Positions 37,801 to 48,940 of a stretch of 64,000 nt of DNA are shown piece after piece. Positions within the stretch are counted from its first letter, which is position 1. Every line of letters starts with the position of its first letter. Origin of the DNA: Tubulanus polymorphus (Eukaryota; Animalia; Nemertea). The stretch spans positions 2,004,131 to 2,068,130 of the forward strand of contig NC_134033.1 in NCBI RefSeq assembly GCF_964204645.1. The letters are read 5' to 3'. Made by a program: the position numbers and the translations under genes. The notes beneath the pieces were generated by a model. It ran no database searches. It had not been told where the DNA came from and was given only the letters and a program-made list of their open reading frames with translations.

Positions 37801-40206
37801 TCTACCGAACTCAAAATATTAAAAGTGGTTCTTATAATTGTTCTTTTGTTCTTTATCTGTGAAATTCCCGCATCCATGGACCGTATGGTACATTACTTCT
37901 CATCGAAGTTCGGATTACATCACGGTCTATCGGGGGATGAAATGATGGTCATGCGTAAAGTCGGAATTCTGCTCAGTATTTTTGATTCAACCGCGAATTT
38001 CTTCGTTTACTGCGCGACAAACAGCTCCTTTAGAAAAAAAGCTAAACAGATTTTACTGATAAATTATCTTTGTGACTCGAAATAGAATCGAAAAACAATT
38101 TCTTGCAAGAATTCTTATGAATTGACGATATAAGAATAATGAAAATCAGTAAAAGTGGGAGTTTTGTAAGACTGAAGGAGTAAAACAATGTTTTTTTTTT
38201 CTTTTTTAATTAAATTTTCCAGTATGCTGGTGGGCATTTGAAGGAACTGCAGAAAGCGTTCAATAATCCAGCAGCGAATCTCGGTCTGATCATTTCTGAA
38301 GGGGCCACTCGCACTAAAAGGTACTTATGGATAGAGATAGGTCTACAGAGCCCCCGTAAATCCCCCTACGACACCATCCTATCAGTGGAGTCATCCGTAG
38401 ACTACTTCCAGAGAAGATGGCCGACTGCATAAATCCCTCAATGACATCATCGATGAATGAATAGATGGCAAACACCATAAATCCCCCTATGACATCATAA
38501 TTGTCATCATGCTTGTGATTCTAAATTTGCGCAGGGACAAAAAATGTCCCTGTAGAAAACTTTCATGTATGGGCCCTTCAAGAGACGATGGCTGCCTCTA
38601 TAAATCACCCTATGACATCATCAAATTGACCAAGACCCTATAGACTCTTTTTGGAAAGATGGCAGCCTTCGTAAATCCCCCTATGACATAACCGAAGTTT
38701 GATCTACAGTCCCCTCCAGATAAGATGGCTGCCTTGCTCAGACATCATCAAGAATTGATTCAAATTTATCGAAATTGCTCAAATATTGAAGATTATTCGG
38801 AATGAAGGAATGGAACCTGTATATGTAATTGTAGAATGTTGGGAATGGGAAGTGGACCGTCGTTACGAGAATTCGTACATCCCACTCTCTACACGTCTGC
38901 CGACCAATGCACGAAATGCGTCGAAGACTTCGGATCTTCCGTGGAGAATCTGCTCATCAAATACAACAAGAAAATCGTCGGTAAGTTTGCCGTAAGAGTC
39001 GGAGGAGTGACAAACTCACAATGAACAAGCAGCATTGAGAGATTTTCAGAAAGCTTCGAAATTGATGGATTGATAGGAAATTTCTTTGATCCAGGCGCCA
39101 GTTCTACAATTCACGGCTGAAATACGACTCAATGTTTTTAGCATCGGATTCTAATTTTTACTTAACTGCTCTTAACACAAAAAAGTCAAAATTATCCAAC
39201 AGTAACTAACTGATCTTAACACAAAAAAGTCAAGTTTTTTACGTTACTGTGGAATTTTGACCTGATTTACAGTCAATGGTCGGAATAATGTTTTACATAA
39301 GTAACCAATTGAAAATCTTTGAAGTTCCTCCGACCTGATTTTGTATATTTGCAATGTTTGACTTTCCGCGCTTGCCACACAGCAATTGTAGACAAAATAA
39401 TTAATATTTTATTATTCTTATATGTCGTTTACAGAACAACAGTTCCTGTTAAATCGTCTAGCCGACGCTGCTATTGATATTTACGCGATGGTCGCCGTGA
39501 TCTCGCGTTCGTCTCGATCTCTGACGCAGAATCAAACGACCGCTCAACACGAGGCGAATATCGCTAACGTTTTCTGCGACGAGGTACGTAGCACGTGAAG
39601 ACAGTTTCCTCGGGTTTTGAGTTGATTCATGTGAATATGGTTCAAATAATTCAACCTGACCCTGTTCCACAGTTCTGAACCCAGTTCCACAGTTCCTGAA
39701 CCCAGTTCCGCAGTTACTGGATCCACTTCCACAGTTACTGGACTCTGTTCCACTGTTACTGAATACAGTTCCACCACAGTTACTGGACTCAGGTCCACAG
39801 TTACTGGACTCGGTTCCACAGTGCTGAATCCAGTTCTCCATTTGCTGAACCCAGATCCACAGTAACTTGGCTTAGTTCCACAATTACTGGACTCAGTTCC
39901 ACACTTCTGAATCCAGCTTTACAGTAACTGAACACATTTCCACAGTTACTGAATACAGTTACTGGACTCAGTTCCACAGTTCTGAATCCAGTTCCAACTG
40001 TGAAACTGTTTTCGTGTTCCACCCATAAAGCTCTGATTCTATTGCGATATTTTCTCTCTAAATTGCAGGCGAGAATTCGAGTGAAGTCGAATCTGGGAAT
40101 TCTCACGAGCGGCATGTACAAACGCAACTTCGAGAAACTGGCGCTGATTTCCAAGGACGTTGTGGAGAACGGCGGCGTCGTGCAGCAACACCCGCTCGGA
40201 TTTTAA
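25862..40206 (+). CDS. ACADVL: Very-long-chain acyl-CoA dehydrogenase, mitochondrial, 633 aa
   Basis: 19 exons: 25862-25926, 26250-26325, 26437-26509, 27603-27667, 28144-28252, 28670-28764, 28879-29010, 30934-31047, 31430-31515, 31723-31817, 32374-32477, 33037-33141, 33913-33999, 34093-34155, 34531-34632, 38223-38320, 38835-38980, 39435-39583, 40069-40206 (1902 nt). Basic transit-peptide-like N-terminus, [38 protein letters not shown] (catalytic Glu), C-terminal HPLGF, which fits VLCAD better than ACAD9. Confidence 0.95.
27167..27377. mobile_element. PIF/Harbinger-like MITE with TTA target duplication
   Basis: TTA|GGCCGAAAAAAATTGATACCTTGTTTCTCCGC...GCGGAGAAACAAGGTATCATTTTTGTTTAGCC|TTA. Confidence 0.85.
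30581..30855. mobile_element. hAT-like MITE with apparent 5-bp TSD
   Basis: TIR CAGGGTCCRATCTAAG; CTTTG immediately on both flanks; multiple internal ACTTGCCC subterminal motifs. Confidence 0.7.
32505..33010 (-). repeat. TGATGTCATAGGGGG intronic repeat (copy 3, mostly reverse)
   Basis: About 9 reverse subunits plus one forward subunit filling ACADVL intron 11. Confidence 0.85.
33240..33552 (+). mobile_element. Two tandem 3' ends of a non-LTR retroposon/SINE family (stem-loop, AATAAA, short-repeat tail)
   Basis: Hairpins at 33343-33368 and 33500-33528, each followed by AATAAA and (CCTAAAA)n or (TATTCG)n; third relative at 48386-48545. Confidence 0.6.
34675..35985. repeat. 30-bp minisatellite (CCAGTCAGAAGTAAAACTGYTTGATAGAAA), about 43 copies, ACADVL intron 15
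   Basis: Highly homogeneous tandem array; explains the 491-aa and 274-aa minus-strand ORFs. Confidence 0.97.
36991..38085 (+). CDS. Intronless rhodopsin-class GPCR (FMRFamide-receptor-like / chemoreceptor-like), nested in ACADVL intron 15
   Basis: Seven hydrophobic segments; N-glycosylation site NST; G..LN in TM1, LA..D in TM2, NFERL at the DRY position, FFICEIP in TM6, NFFVY..NSSFR in TM7/H8. Start probably 36991 or 37003 rather than 36835. Confidence 0.88.
   Translation: MRFNMNSTTITTTILNACPDVYPPARWDYVFSYSIYLYGYFPASVFGMILNSVSIVVFRKIGRDIYRTIIILAWFDLLFVFSVFLLYPFRILIILYFQSTEFLGSYDDWYFGHEIIIWVLPLFHTFQMAKNWAVVTINFERLLVVASPLYFRRFWNKKQIIFLSVLNAFSSALCFWPYYFPLTLPGRTTQRCFEHLFTMGAFGAKTIRTPFTYGFDYGNDYVNNIYMTMTVLAPFIVLTMINLTLFGIMIFRKLNRKKQFHADAAAPVEKSTELKILKVVLIIVLLFFICEIPASMDRMVHYFSSKFGLHHGLSGDEMMVMRKVGILLSIFDSTANFFVYCATNSSFRKKAKQILLINYLCDSK
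38350..38750 (+). repeat. CCCCCTATGACATCA / AAGATGGCTGCC intronic repeat (copy 4)
   Basis: Fills most of ACADVL intron 16; colinear with 3860-4215. Confidence 0.85.
39660..40005. repeat. Degenerate array of about 21 bp (CAGTTCCACAGTTACTGGACT), ACADVL intron 18
   Basis: Reverse-complement relative of the LCMT1 intron-2 minisatellite. Confidence 0.85.
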
Positions 40207-41530
40207 TGAAAAATGTAAAAAAAATTTCGACTGAAAGTGTGCGACAGCAGCTGATAGATGATATATTGACATAGTGTGTTCTTTTTTTTATATGAAAAAC
40301 GAATTTTTGACGCAGATAGAAAAAACGTCTGGAAAAAATGTTTTCGAAAAAATGATCTGTGTTGAGTGTGTGTGAATTCGAACGGAATTTTTCTATTAAT
40401 CTGTGTTCCATGCATTCATAGCAGCACCTCTTATGAATTACCGGGTATTTGTAAATTAGATTTACTGATTTTTATAATTAATGGCAAAATGATTATTAGA
40501 CGAATAGTTGATTAAATGTATGATTTAAGATGATTAATATAGTAGACCTGTGGTAAAGATGGCTGCCTCTTCGTGATGTCCACCAATGATGTATTGGAAT
40601 TACCTGCTTGTTTTCCGATTTGTAGAGCCTCCTTTTCGAAAAGGGTGATTTTTATGGAGGCAGCCATCTTCATCTGGGTAGGGTTTCATGAATAATAAAT
40701 CACTAATTTAATAAATCACGATCAGGGCTCGGTTTCATAGTTATGGAAGAAAAATAGTCTCTGGGAACATTTTGAAATTTGTCAGTTATATCCATGGTTT
40801 CTCATTGTTACTATGGTGGTTGTCACCCAGGTTGAGTATTTAACCCTAGGGATAAATTTGATACCCAGTCTATGAAACCGGGTCCTGTAGTTCAATTTTC
40901 GCTTGAAGTTGATTTGATGACGTAAAGTGGGATTTATGCCAACGGGTATCTTTTATGAATGTGTCTCGGATGATGGTGTTCAGCTAGAATTCTTGAGCAA
41001 TTTCAGATTTTCATGGATTGATTTTAGATTTGTTCTTAGAGAATGATTAATTATGTAAGATATTCATATTGTTCAAACAGTTTAAAAAATCATGTTTAAT
41101 TTCGTACAAAAATTCATAGCTTTCTCGACAAATTGGCGAATGAAATTGTCGGATTTTTTACAGCTTGAAAAATGGTTATTCTAAAATATTCTCATTTTAA
41201 CTCTCTATCAAGAGAGAGAGAGATAGAAAGTTCTGAGACGCCAGGAGATCACAGATTTCATATGTGTACATATATTATATATAGGACTGTGATGGGCTTA
41301 GACCATATCACATATTCTACGGGTCAGGGGCCAGTTGCACGACCATGGCCAAGATCTAAAACCAGTCTAACGACACTATAAACACCCCACGTGGACTTAC
41401 GTCGCGAATGCGCAACTGGGCCCAGGGTACAAAATATTGTTTTTTCAGAGATACTAAATTCGAGTTCTGAAATAGAGATAAATTCATTATTACAACATAA
41501 GATTGCTTATAATGTAGAACAGACAAAGGC

Positions 41531-41817
41531 TTAACCCTTTCAGTTCTGACTGATACCCTTAAAGTGCTGGAGATAATTAGAAAATTTTTGAGAATTTTTT
41601 TGAAATTTTGAAGAAAAAACTTACACATCTATGCATCTATGCACCCCAGCATATCGCTAGTTACTGATATATAACCGTGTTTTGACAGGTGCGGCATATT
41701 TCATCATAGATAAAAACTAACTACCAATTATATCATACACTGCAGTGCGGCGTACTAATAAAGTCCATCACTGGTTCATACATCGCACTACAGTGTAGAC
41801 GCACTGAAAGGGTTTAA
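41531..41817 (+). mobile_element. piggyBac-like MITE, near full length
   Basis: TTAA-CCCTTTCAGT...ACTGAAAGGG-T-TTAA. Confidence 0.85.
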
Positions 41818-42250
41818 ACTGGTCTTATATTGTGTCCTGCGTCACTTTTTCAGGAATTGGGTGAATCTTCATGAATGAAAGAGGTCCCCACTGTTATATC
41901 AGAGCAATATTCACTAAATTTACTATATATATGTTCAGCACAAAACAATGCAACGAAATTACGAGTTATTTATGTCTCTCAGAGTCACAGAACCTGGTCA
42001 AATTCAGCTCCGAATCGTGGAACTCAATCCAGGACGTGAAATCAGGTCATACACCGATATCTTTAAGGAGATTCCAGAATGTAACTCACAACTGTGGAAT
42101 CGGGTGAAGTCTTAGTTTAAAGACTCCAGAGTCTAATATAACCCACAACTGTATATAAAGCGTGTTCCATGACTCAAATGTGACTATAATTTTTACTGAG
42201 TGTCAAAAGTCTATATTTACCACAGTTTATATCATTTTATGTTTAACTTT

Positions 42251-42283
<33 letters not shown>

Positions 42284-43487
42284 GTTTCTTCTTTGTATAG
42301 AAAGCACTGTTTGAGGCGGATTGAGTGTGTGTGAAATAGATATTCATCTTATTTATCTTAATATCAGCTTTTCTTTTCTTTTCTTACTGATTTTCTTTCG
42401 GCAGTCGAACCTCGAGGAAACTTGTACGCCTTACGATCGCCTGTGGGGATTGACAGCTACTACGCGGGTCTTGTTGTCCCGAAAACGACGTGTCGGGGAT
42501 AGTATGCCGACAGGGATGAGATGCGTGTGAAAAATGTTTAAGAATATGAAAATTTCTTTTAAAAAATAAATTTTGGTGTGAAAAATGTGAAACTTGGAAA
42601 ATAGTGATTATCAGAAAATTTCAGTGTAGGTTTGCTTTGTATATGTGCCACTGGTAGGTTTTTCCAGCTACGTGAAAATGACTTCAGCGGCACTTTTCAC
42701 GTACCTGGTCCCAGCCAGCAATTTCCAGCTGAGAAATTTGGCAGTAGCTTTTCCCAGCGGCAGTATATATTACAGACTATAAGGTACTAAATAAATTCGA
42801 TCATGCGTACTAAACAAAAACGACTCGATGCGTTCGCCATCTAACGGTAGAAAATGTACACAAAAACGACTACTAGTCAGTCCCGGTTACTCATATCACT
42901 AACACGACACACTCGCCATCTAGCGGTAGTAAACGCAGGAGAATCAGGCATTTTGACCAAAAAACCAATGCAAGGGGTATTATAGGCTAGCAATGCGCCA
43001 TCAATCTGACATTGTATGCTTCGTTAAAATATAAATAGTTTGACATACCTGGCGGGATATTTTCAAATATGAAACTTTTTTTGATCTTAAAATAGGGATT
43101 GTCCCTGTTATGTATTTGGTTGGTAAATTTCGTTTGATTTTTTGATTGGGTGTCCCTTACAGACCTGCCACACCTGCCGGGAGCGAAGAAAGCGGTTGAT
43201 GTTAATCGCGGGTTAATTGTGGGTTAAGGGGGTTGGGTTTCTCCGCACATTTTTTTTGCAGGGCTATACGTACCACTGTGACCAAAGTAAAGCGACGCCA
43301 TCAGGTTTGAATCCCTGTCGAAGGAGGATGCATTGGGTAAAATGGGCCCAACGTAGGTGCCACACAATACGCATATACGATATTTACAAATGTTGCATTC
43401 ACTGATGATTTAGACTTCAAGACACCTGTTGGTCGCGCTAGTGCAGCGTTTATAGAGTGTGAAGTCGTATGAATTATTATAATCATT

Positions 43488-43995
43488 AGGGTTTTCTGAC
43501 TTTCGTCGAAAACCCTCTTGAAATTCTGTTGATTATTATTATTATTATATATTTTCCGCCGATTTCGTCAAATAAAATTCATCTTCATTCAGATTCGGCA
43601 ACTGACAGCTTCGAAACGAAATGTATAAATTGATACTGTAATAACGGTCTCTCTGAACCAACAGATTGTCTGAATGTACTTTCCATCCTATTTGAAACTT
43701 AAAATTACTTATTATTTAGGATACTGTAAATAAAGAATTGAATTGAATTGTTAGACAACAAGCACCGGCGAAATAACAGTTTGTGACGTCATTTAGTAAG
43801 TAAATTAAAGGAGGGCTCCGAGAATTTCCAAATCACGGGGGACTATACTGGGGTTAGACCATTCAACCAAAAAGAGGATTGCTCTGATAATATCCAAATC
43901 ATCTCATTTTATTTTTTCCATCGAATACCCGGTAATTAATTTTTCCTTTCGATCACATGCATCCAGAAAACCCGTTATCGCTGCTTTGCAGCTAT
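43488..43995 (+). mobile_element. Helentron/HINE-like non-autonomous element
   Basis: 5' hairpin AGGGTTTTC-TGAC-TTTC-GTC-GAAAACCCT, (ATT)n microsatellite, 3' subterminal GAAAACCC followed by short hairpin GCTGC-TTT-GCAGC. Confidence 0.6.
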
Positions 43996-44353
43996 CATTA
44001 TTATTATTATACAATTTATATAGCGCCTTAATCCAAAAATGGCTCTAAAGCGCTTTACAAATAAAAAACATTAAGCTAAAAACATCTTACAAAACGTTTA
44101 AAACATGCATTAGAAGCATTTAGTTAAAATGTCTGGTGAAAAGTTCAGTTTTAAGATGAGTTTCAAAACATTGTAGTGATTTGGCAGATCTGATGTGGAT
44201 AGGTAAAGCATTCCATAAAACTGGCGCAGAGCAAGTCAAAGAACGTAAACCATAGCGCTTAGTTCTAAAACGAAGTACATCAAGTAAAAATTGATTAGAT
44301 GACCGTAAATTACGTGCTGGAACATAGACAGATATCATTGATTTTATGTACAT
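43996..44353 (-). mobile_element. L2/CR1-group LINE 3' fragment
   Basis: ORF end YVPARNLRSS..RYGLRS..APVLWNALP..IR..F..HLKTELF, typical of the L2/CR1 ORF2 C-terminus; 3'UTR GTAAAGCGCTT..GGCGCTATATAAAT and (TAA)n tail. Confidence 0.85.
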
Positions 44354-44639
44354 GAAGTGTATAAGTCATTTGCAGTAGCGTCTGAAGTGTGTAAGACTTG
44401 TGAAATATTCGTCGGAGTGTGTGAGACTTGTTAAGTGTTTGGAGTGTTTCACTATCGACAACCTATCGAATGAGTTCACATCTGTCGCTACATGATGTTT
44501 TTAGTTCGTGTACGACGTATAGTGTTTGCCAGTTGTAGTTTCGCCAACTTAATTGTATCCTGTAGATTTTAGTAATTTCTCAAAGCCCGAATTCGATTCC
44601 AATAAAGCTGCGTAGTATAGCCGAGGCAAACTTCTGTAC

Positions 44640-45025
44640 AACTAAATTGACCTATTCTTACCGCGACTGATCCAATTCTTACTGTAACTGACCCGTTCCT
44701 ACTTCCTACTATAACTGACCCATTCGTACTGTAACTGACCCATTCATACTTCCTACTATAACTGACCCATTCGTACTGTAACTGACCCATTCCTACTTCC
44801 TACTATAACTGACCCATTCGTACTGTAACTGACCCATTCATACTTCCTACTATAACTGACCCATTCGTACTGTAACTGCATTATGATTACTGTTACTGGC
44901 CCATTCCTACTTCCTAACTGACCCATTCTTACTTAAACCGACCCACTCTTACTTAAACCGACCCATTCTTACTGTGACTGACCTATTCCCACTATAACTG
45001 ACCCATTCTTACTGTAACTGACGAC
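44640..45025. repeat. ACTGACCCATTC-based compound minisatellite (resumes at 46225-46260)
   Basis: Alternating 20/24-bp units; same unit reappears beyond the BEL fragment. Confidence 0.85.
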
Positions 45026-45201
45026 TATAAGCCCACCACTCGGCGGTGTATCGGGTGTAGACGTGAGCGCGCCGCACGTCCAGTCGTTACGACTGATAGC
45101 AACTGATCGGCGATTATCGCTGAATTCGAACTGAGTGCAATCTACGATAGTCGCCGACAGTCAGTTGAGTCGCATCGTAAGGTCGATCTGAGCCCGGCTT
45201 A

Positions 45202-46220
45202 AGAATGATGTTTCTCTAAGATGGCAGCCGAAGCGAACGGACTGGATGTATTTCCGAAGGTCACGGTATTACAACAATACGGCACAAAGTCCTTATTTAC
45301 ATCATTATCCCGATACCAGAGAAATCCAACGAATTTTCTGTCAGGTTCAACGAGCTTGATATTCAAGAAAGCCTCGGCTATATCGGCAGTAATCCGGCTA
45401 TCCGCCGAACTCGAAACAGTATTAACAGCTCGGCGAGATTCCTGATCAAGAATTCAAGGAAGGATTTCGGCTACTCACGTCGATAACGATTCGTTGAGGA
45501 ATTGTGGAACTCTGCCTCAAAACCGGAAAATGTGGCATGTCGAGGACGTCATTCTCATTGCACTCTTTCAATTTAAATATGACCAATTTTTAATCTTTAA
45601 CAATTTAATTCTCTCTTCGCTCATCCTTCTAGTGCTGATTTTGGCGACCTACGCGGTTTACTCATCGGCGGCATCTATCTTCAAGTGATGATTCCCCGGC
45701 TGGTCGTTTAGTGTCCGACTAGTATGATCATGATTATTGCGCATTTCATGCAGTCTCACCTCTACCTCTGTTCTATCGTCGGACGATGGCGTTTCTTTCC
45801 TGATGATGTCTTCAACGGTCTGCCATTCTTTGTTGAAGTTCGTTTGTAGCGCCTGGAGTTTGAGGCGGATTGTCTCCGGTGATTTTCTGATGTGTAGTAA
45901 GCAGACGGACGATCAAATTTTCAGTTGCGCTGTGTTTCTCTCTAAAACGTATATTTAACGACAGAATCCTGGTCACGGCACTATGTCGCAAATCCGTCTA
46001 GATGGATGAAAAATGAAACCAGATCCCGTCGCAGTTAGTGTCTGTCTCAGAGGAAAAATTGACGTCTCAACTCTCTGATTACTTGAACTGAATGAACTAA
46101 CTGTATTATACTTTATACGACTACAGCCTGTGAGACTTGCCGAGGCGCACATCTGTGTAAGCTAGAGTCCGTGAGAAATAAACATTCTCACGAATCGGTA
46201 ATAACCGACACTACTTCACC
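45202..46220 (-). mobile_element. Degenerate, internally deleted BEL/Pao LTR retrotransposon (LTR, PBS, possible gag remnant, RT remnant)
   Basis: Minus translation near 45202-45400, ITADIAEAFLNIKLVEPDRKFVGFLW..YCCNTVTFGNTSSPF, matches BEL RT. PBS-like TAGTGCCGTGACCAGGATT (45983-45965) resembles the complement of tRNA-His and directly follows ...CA at 45984. Confidence 0.75.
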
Positions 46221-46673
46221 GTCCTGACCCATTCCTACTGTAACTGACCCATTCAACCGATTCTGACTAATACAAATTATTCAAAATATAGATGTAACAA
46301 TTGTTACTAAAAATGGAGACTTGATGTTTTAGCGACATAAACAACTGTCGACAAGATCTCTTCTATCATATCAATATTGTGTCGAGATGAGAGCTGTTAA
46401 AAGCTGTTATATAAATGCATCATTATGCGTTCAGATAAACTGTAGCCACTCGAACCTGTTAGAAATAGAATTCAAAGCAACCAATCCATTTAGTAATTCT
46501 GTAAGGTAGGTAGGTTCATATCAAACCTGTTAATCCGTTAGTTTAGCCAGCCTGTTAGTTGCATAGTTAGCCTGTTAGTTGAATAGCATAGTTAGTTACA
46601 TTGTTAGCCTGTTAGTTGTATAAAGTTAGCCCGTTTTCGATGTATTATTCAGGTTTGAAGCTGCGCTGTCATA

Positions 46674-48716
46674 ATGAAGTTGATGTTTAGTTTGATGACT
46701 GTGTTATTTGTAAACCTGCAGCTCTGTAAGACCGCAGCCGGAGGTAGTTAACTGATATCGTACGTACGGTCGACGAAATTTCAGTTTTCATATTATATTT
46801 TCATATTTTCACATATTTTCATTCAGGCTGGGAGTTGGTATTTCTAGCCGATCAAGGAACAGGGGATCGTGTCTATAATAAATGGGTAGACCCACCGAGT
46901 AACCCTCGGTGTGAGGACACATCGTGCGCATGCGCCTGGAGGCAACAACTACCATGCACGAACTGCACGTGGAAAAGTGATAAAGTCGACGCTTGGGCGA
47001 ACGTGAAAGAGGTGAGGGAAAACCCAAAACTATAGACAAATCGGGTACCGGCAATGCTTCTCTGGCAAGCGGAATTCCAACATAATCCGCCAGGTGTCGC
47101 TAGTGTACAATACGACGCTGACGCTGTTTCTTCTCAAACTCAATTAAAATCTAATAATTTCTCAAATTCTATGCATGATGTTCGAAAATTGTGGCACATA
47201 TGAACTCTAAAGACTGGTCAGAGTTTATTTCGATGCGTGATTTGCCCAATTTTTGGATTGGAAGACCGAAAAGTAAGATCAAAGTTGCTTGAAAATGAAC
47301 TTATTTTGATCGAGTCTGTCTGATATCTCAGTGGCGCCATCTGACGGGATAGCTGGTGTGCCGGTTCCCCATTGAAAAAAAAATGATTTTTCATTTTGAA
47401 ATTGTACATTTTTTACCCTGTGAAAATGAAATGAATCATGTTTTTTTTTTCATTAAAATGTCGATTCAGGTAAAAGTAGTTTATTATGTGAACTGCACTG
47501 AAGTTGCGTTCGTCCAGTTTAATGCCTCGGGTACAGATAAAATGAACTGGTTCGACGTCAAGAAGATCACGAAAAGTTCCTGGCTTCACCTCAATTATTT
47601 TTCTTCCGCGTATCCGCAGTACTTTAGTGTAGCAGGGCAGTAAGTGAACGAATTAACTCCCAACCCTAAATCGATAGATAACTCTAACCTAAATCACGTC
47701 TCTGAAATTAATATCAGTTCAGGATTAATTCTAGATTAGATCAATGCGATTTGCTTTTGTTAATGAAACAATTATTAGTTTATAAATCCCACATTTAACA
47801 AACAAAATCGCTAATTAATTAATGAGGTACAAGCGAGACTACCGGGGACTAGCATGGACTAGCGAGACTAACAGGACTAGCAGGAGTAACGGAGAGTATT
47901 GGCACTACAGTGGACTAGCGGGAATAAGCTAGACTAACGGGGTGATTTACTCCTGAAATCTATTTCTACAGCGCAAATGTTTCTAGAAGATTCTTCGCAG
48001 TCGCAAGCTACGGTGGATGTTCAAACCAAGGATTATGGATGGTGTTGATAGATCCCGGTACCGTACACCCGTGCTATTACGATAAGAACCCCGATGTTTT
48101 TCCTCATTTCATCTACAACCCGACAGGCGGCGCACCACTCGACTGTAAGTATCCATTTAGGTTTAAGTTTATACAAATCCCTCCAGTGAATTGTGTATAT
48201 ACGTGTGATATATCTTGCTGTATATAATTCAATCTCTGTACATGCTTTGTCTGTAAATAGTTTTACTGAAAATTAGATTTTAAATTTTGTTAATTCCTAT
48301 TTTGTTTTGTCTATATGTATATATGTATATAATTCTGTTCGTGTTTTGTAAATTATTACATTTCATATTTTGTATTCAATCTTGCCTCCACGTACCATTC
48401 TTATGGTTGGAGTGAAATAAATATCTTATCTTATCTAAGTATCATTAAAGACCTCCTTATACTATCGATTTTAGTCAGGAGAATAAAGTTATATCTTATC
48501 TTATCTTATCTTAAAGTTATATCTTATCTAAAATATTATCTTATCATTCACGGTTGAGTATATAGTACTACTCGTCTAGTTATTTATTTTCAACCAGGTT
48601 AACACGGCTACTCTGCGAATCTTCATATGATGAATTAATTCTGTGATCATATGTCATCATTTTCAGTCGCTGATCAACTGTTGGTCGCCGATACGTTTAC
48701 GGTTTATATCAGATAA
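46674..48716 (+). CDS. Uncharacterised secreted Cys-containing protein, 215 aa
   Basis: Exons 46674-46743, 46827-47011, 47470-47639, 47972-48144, 48667-48716, all GT-AG and phase-consistent (648 nt). Signal peptide MKLMFSLMTVLFVNLQLCKTAAG; upstream TATATAAA near 46408 and a likely non-coding exon ending at 46500. Confidence 0.85.
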
Positions 48717-48834
48717 ATGAAATATCATGGAAATTTCTGTCGATGGCGAATAAAAAATCGATCGAATCATTATTCATTCGTTCATCGTCATATTCTCAAT
48801 CTCACTCGCATCGTCACACTTTTACAGAGTTTAT

Positions 48835-48940
48835 CCGCTAGATGGCAGACGAGTCGAATAGTCTGCTTACACTCCTCCAGAAGAAATATATGTATATTGT
48901 TCGAGCATTATTGGAAGATGACTCATCTGCCATCTAGCGG
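48835..48940. mobile_element. 106-bp inverted-repeat element with CTCF-like arms
   Basis: CCGCTAGATGGCAGAYGAGTC arms (21 bp, one mismatch). Confidence 0.6.

Noticed and set aside
25862-40206. Alternative call ACAD9
   Set aside because: ESKSFA N-terminal block, GAHQSIGFKG and C-terminal PLGF fit VLCAD better; a phylogeny would settle it.
42404-42530. Good acceptor followed by a GC-richer exon-like block with some Cys codons
   Set aside because: No upstream partner exon or recognisable homology in any frame.
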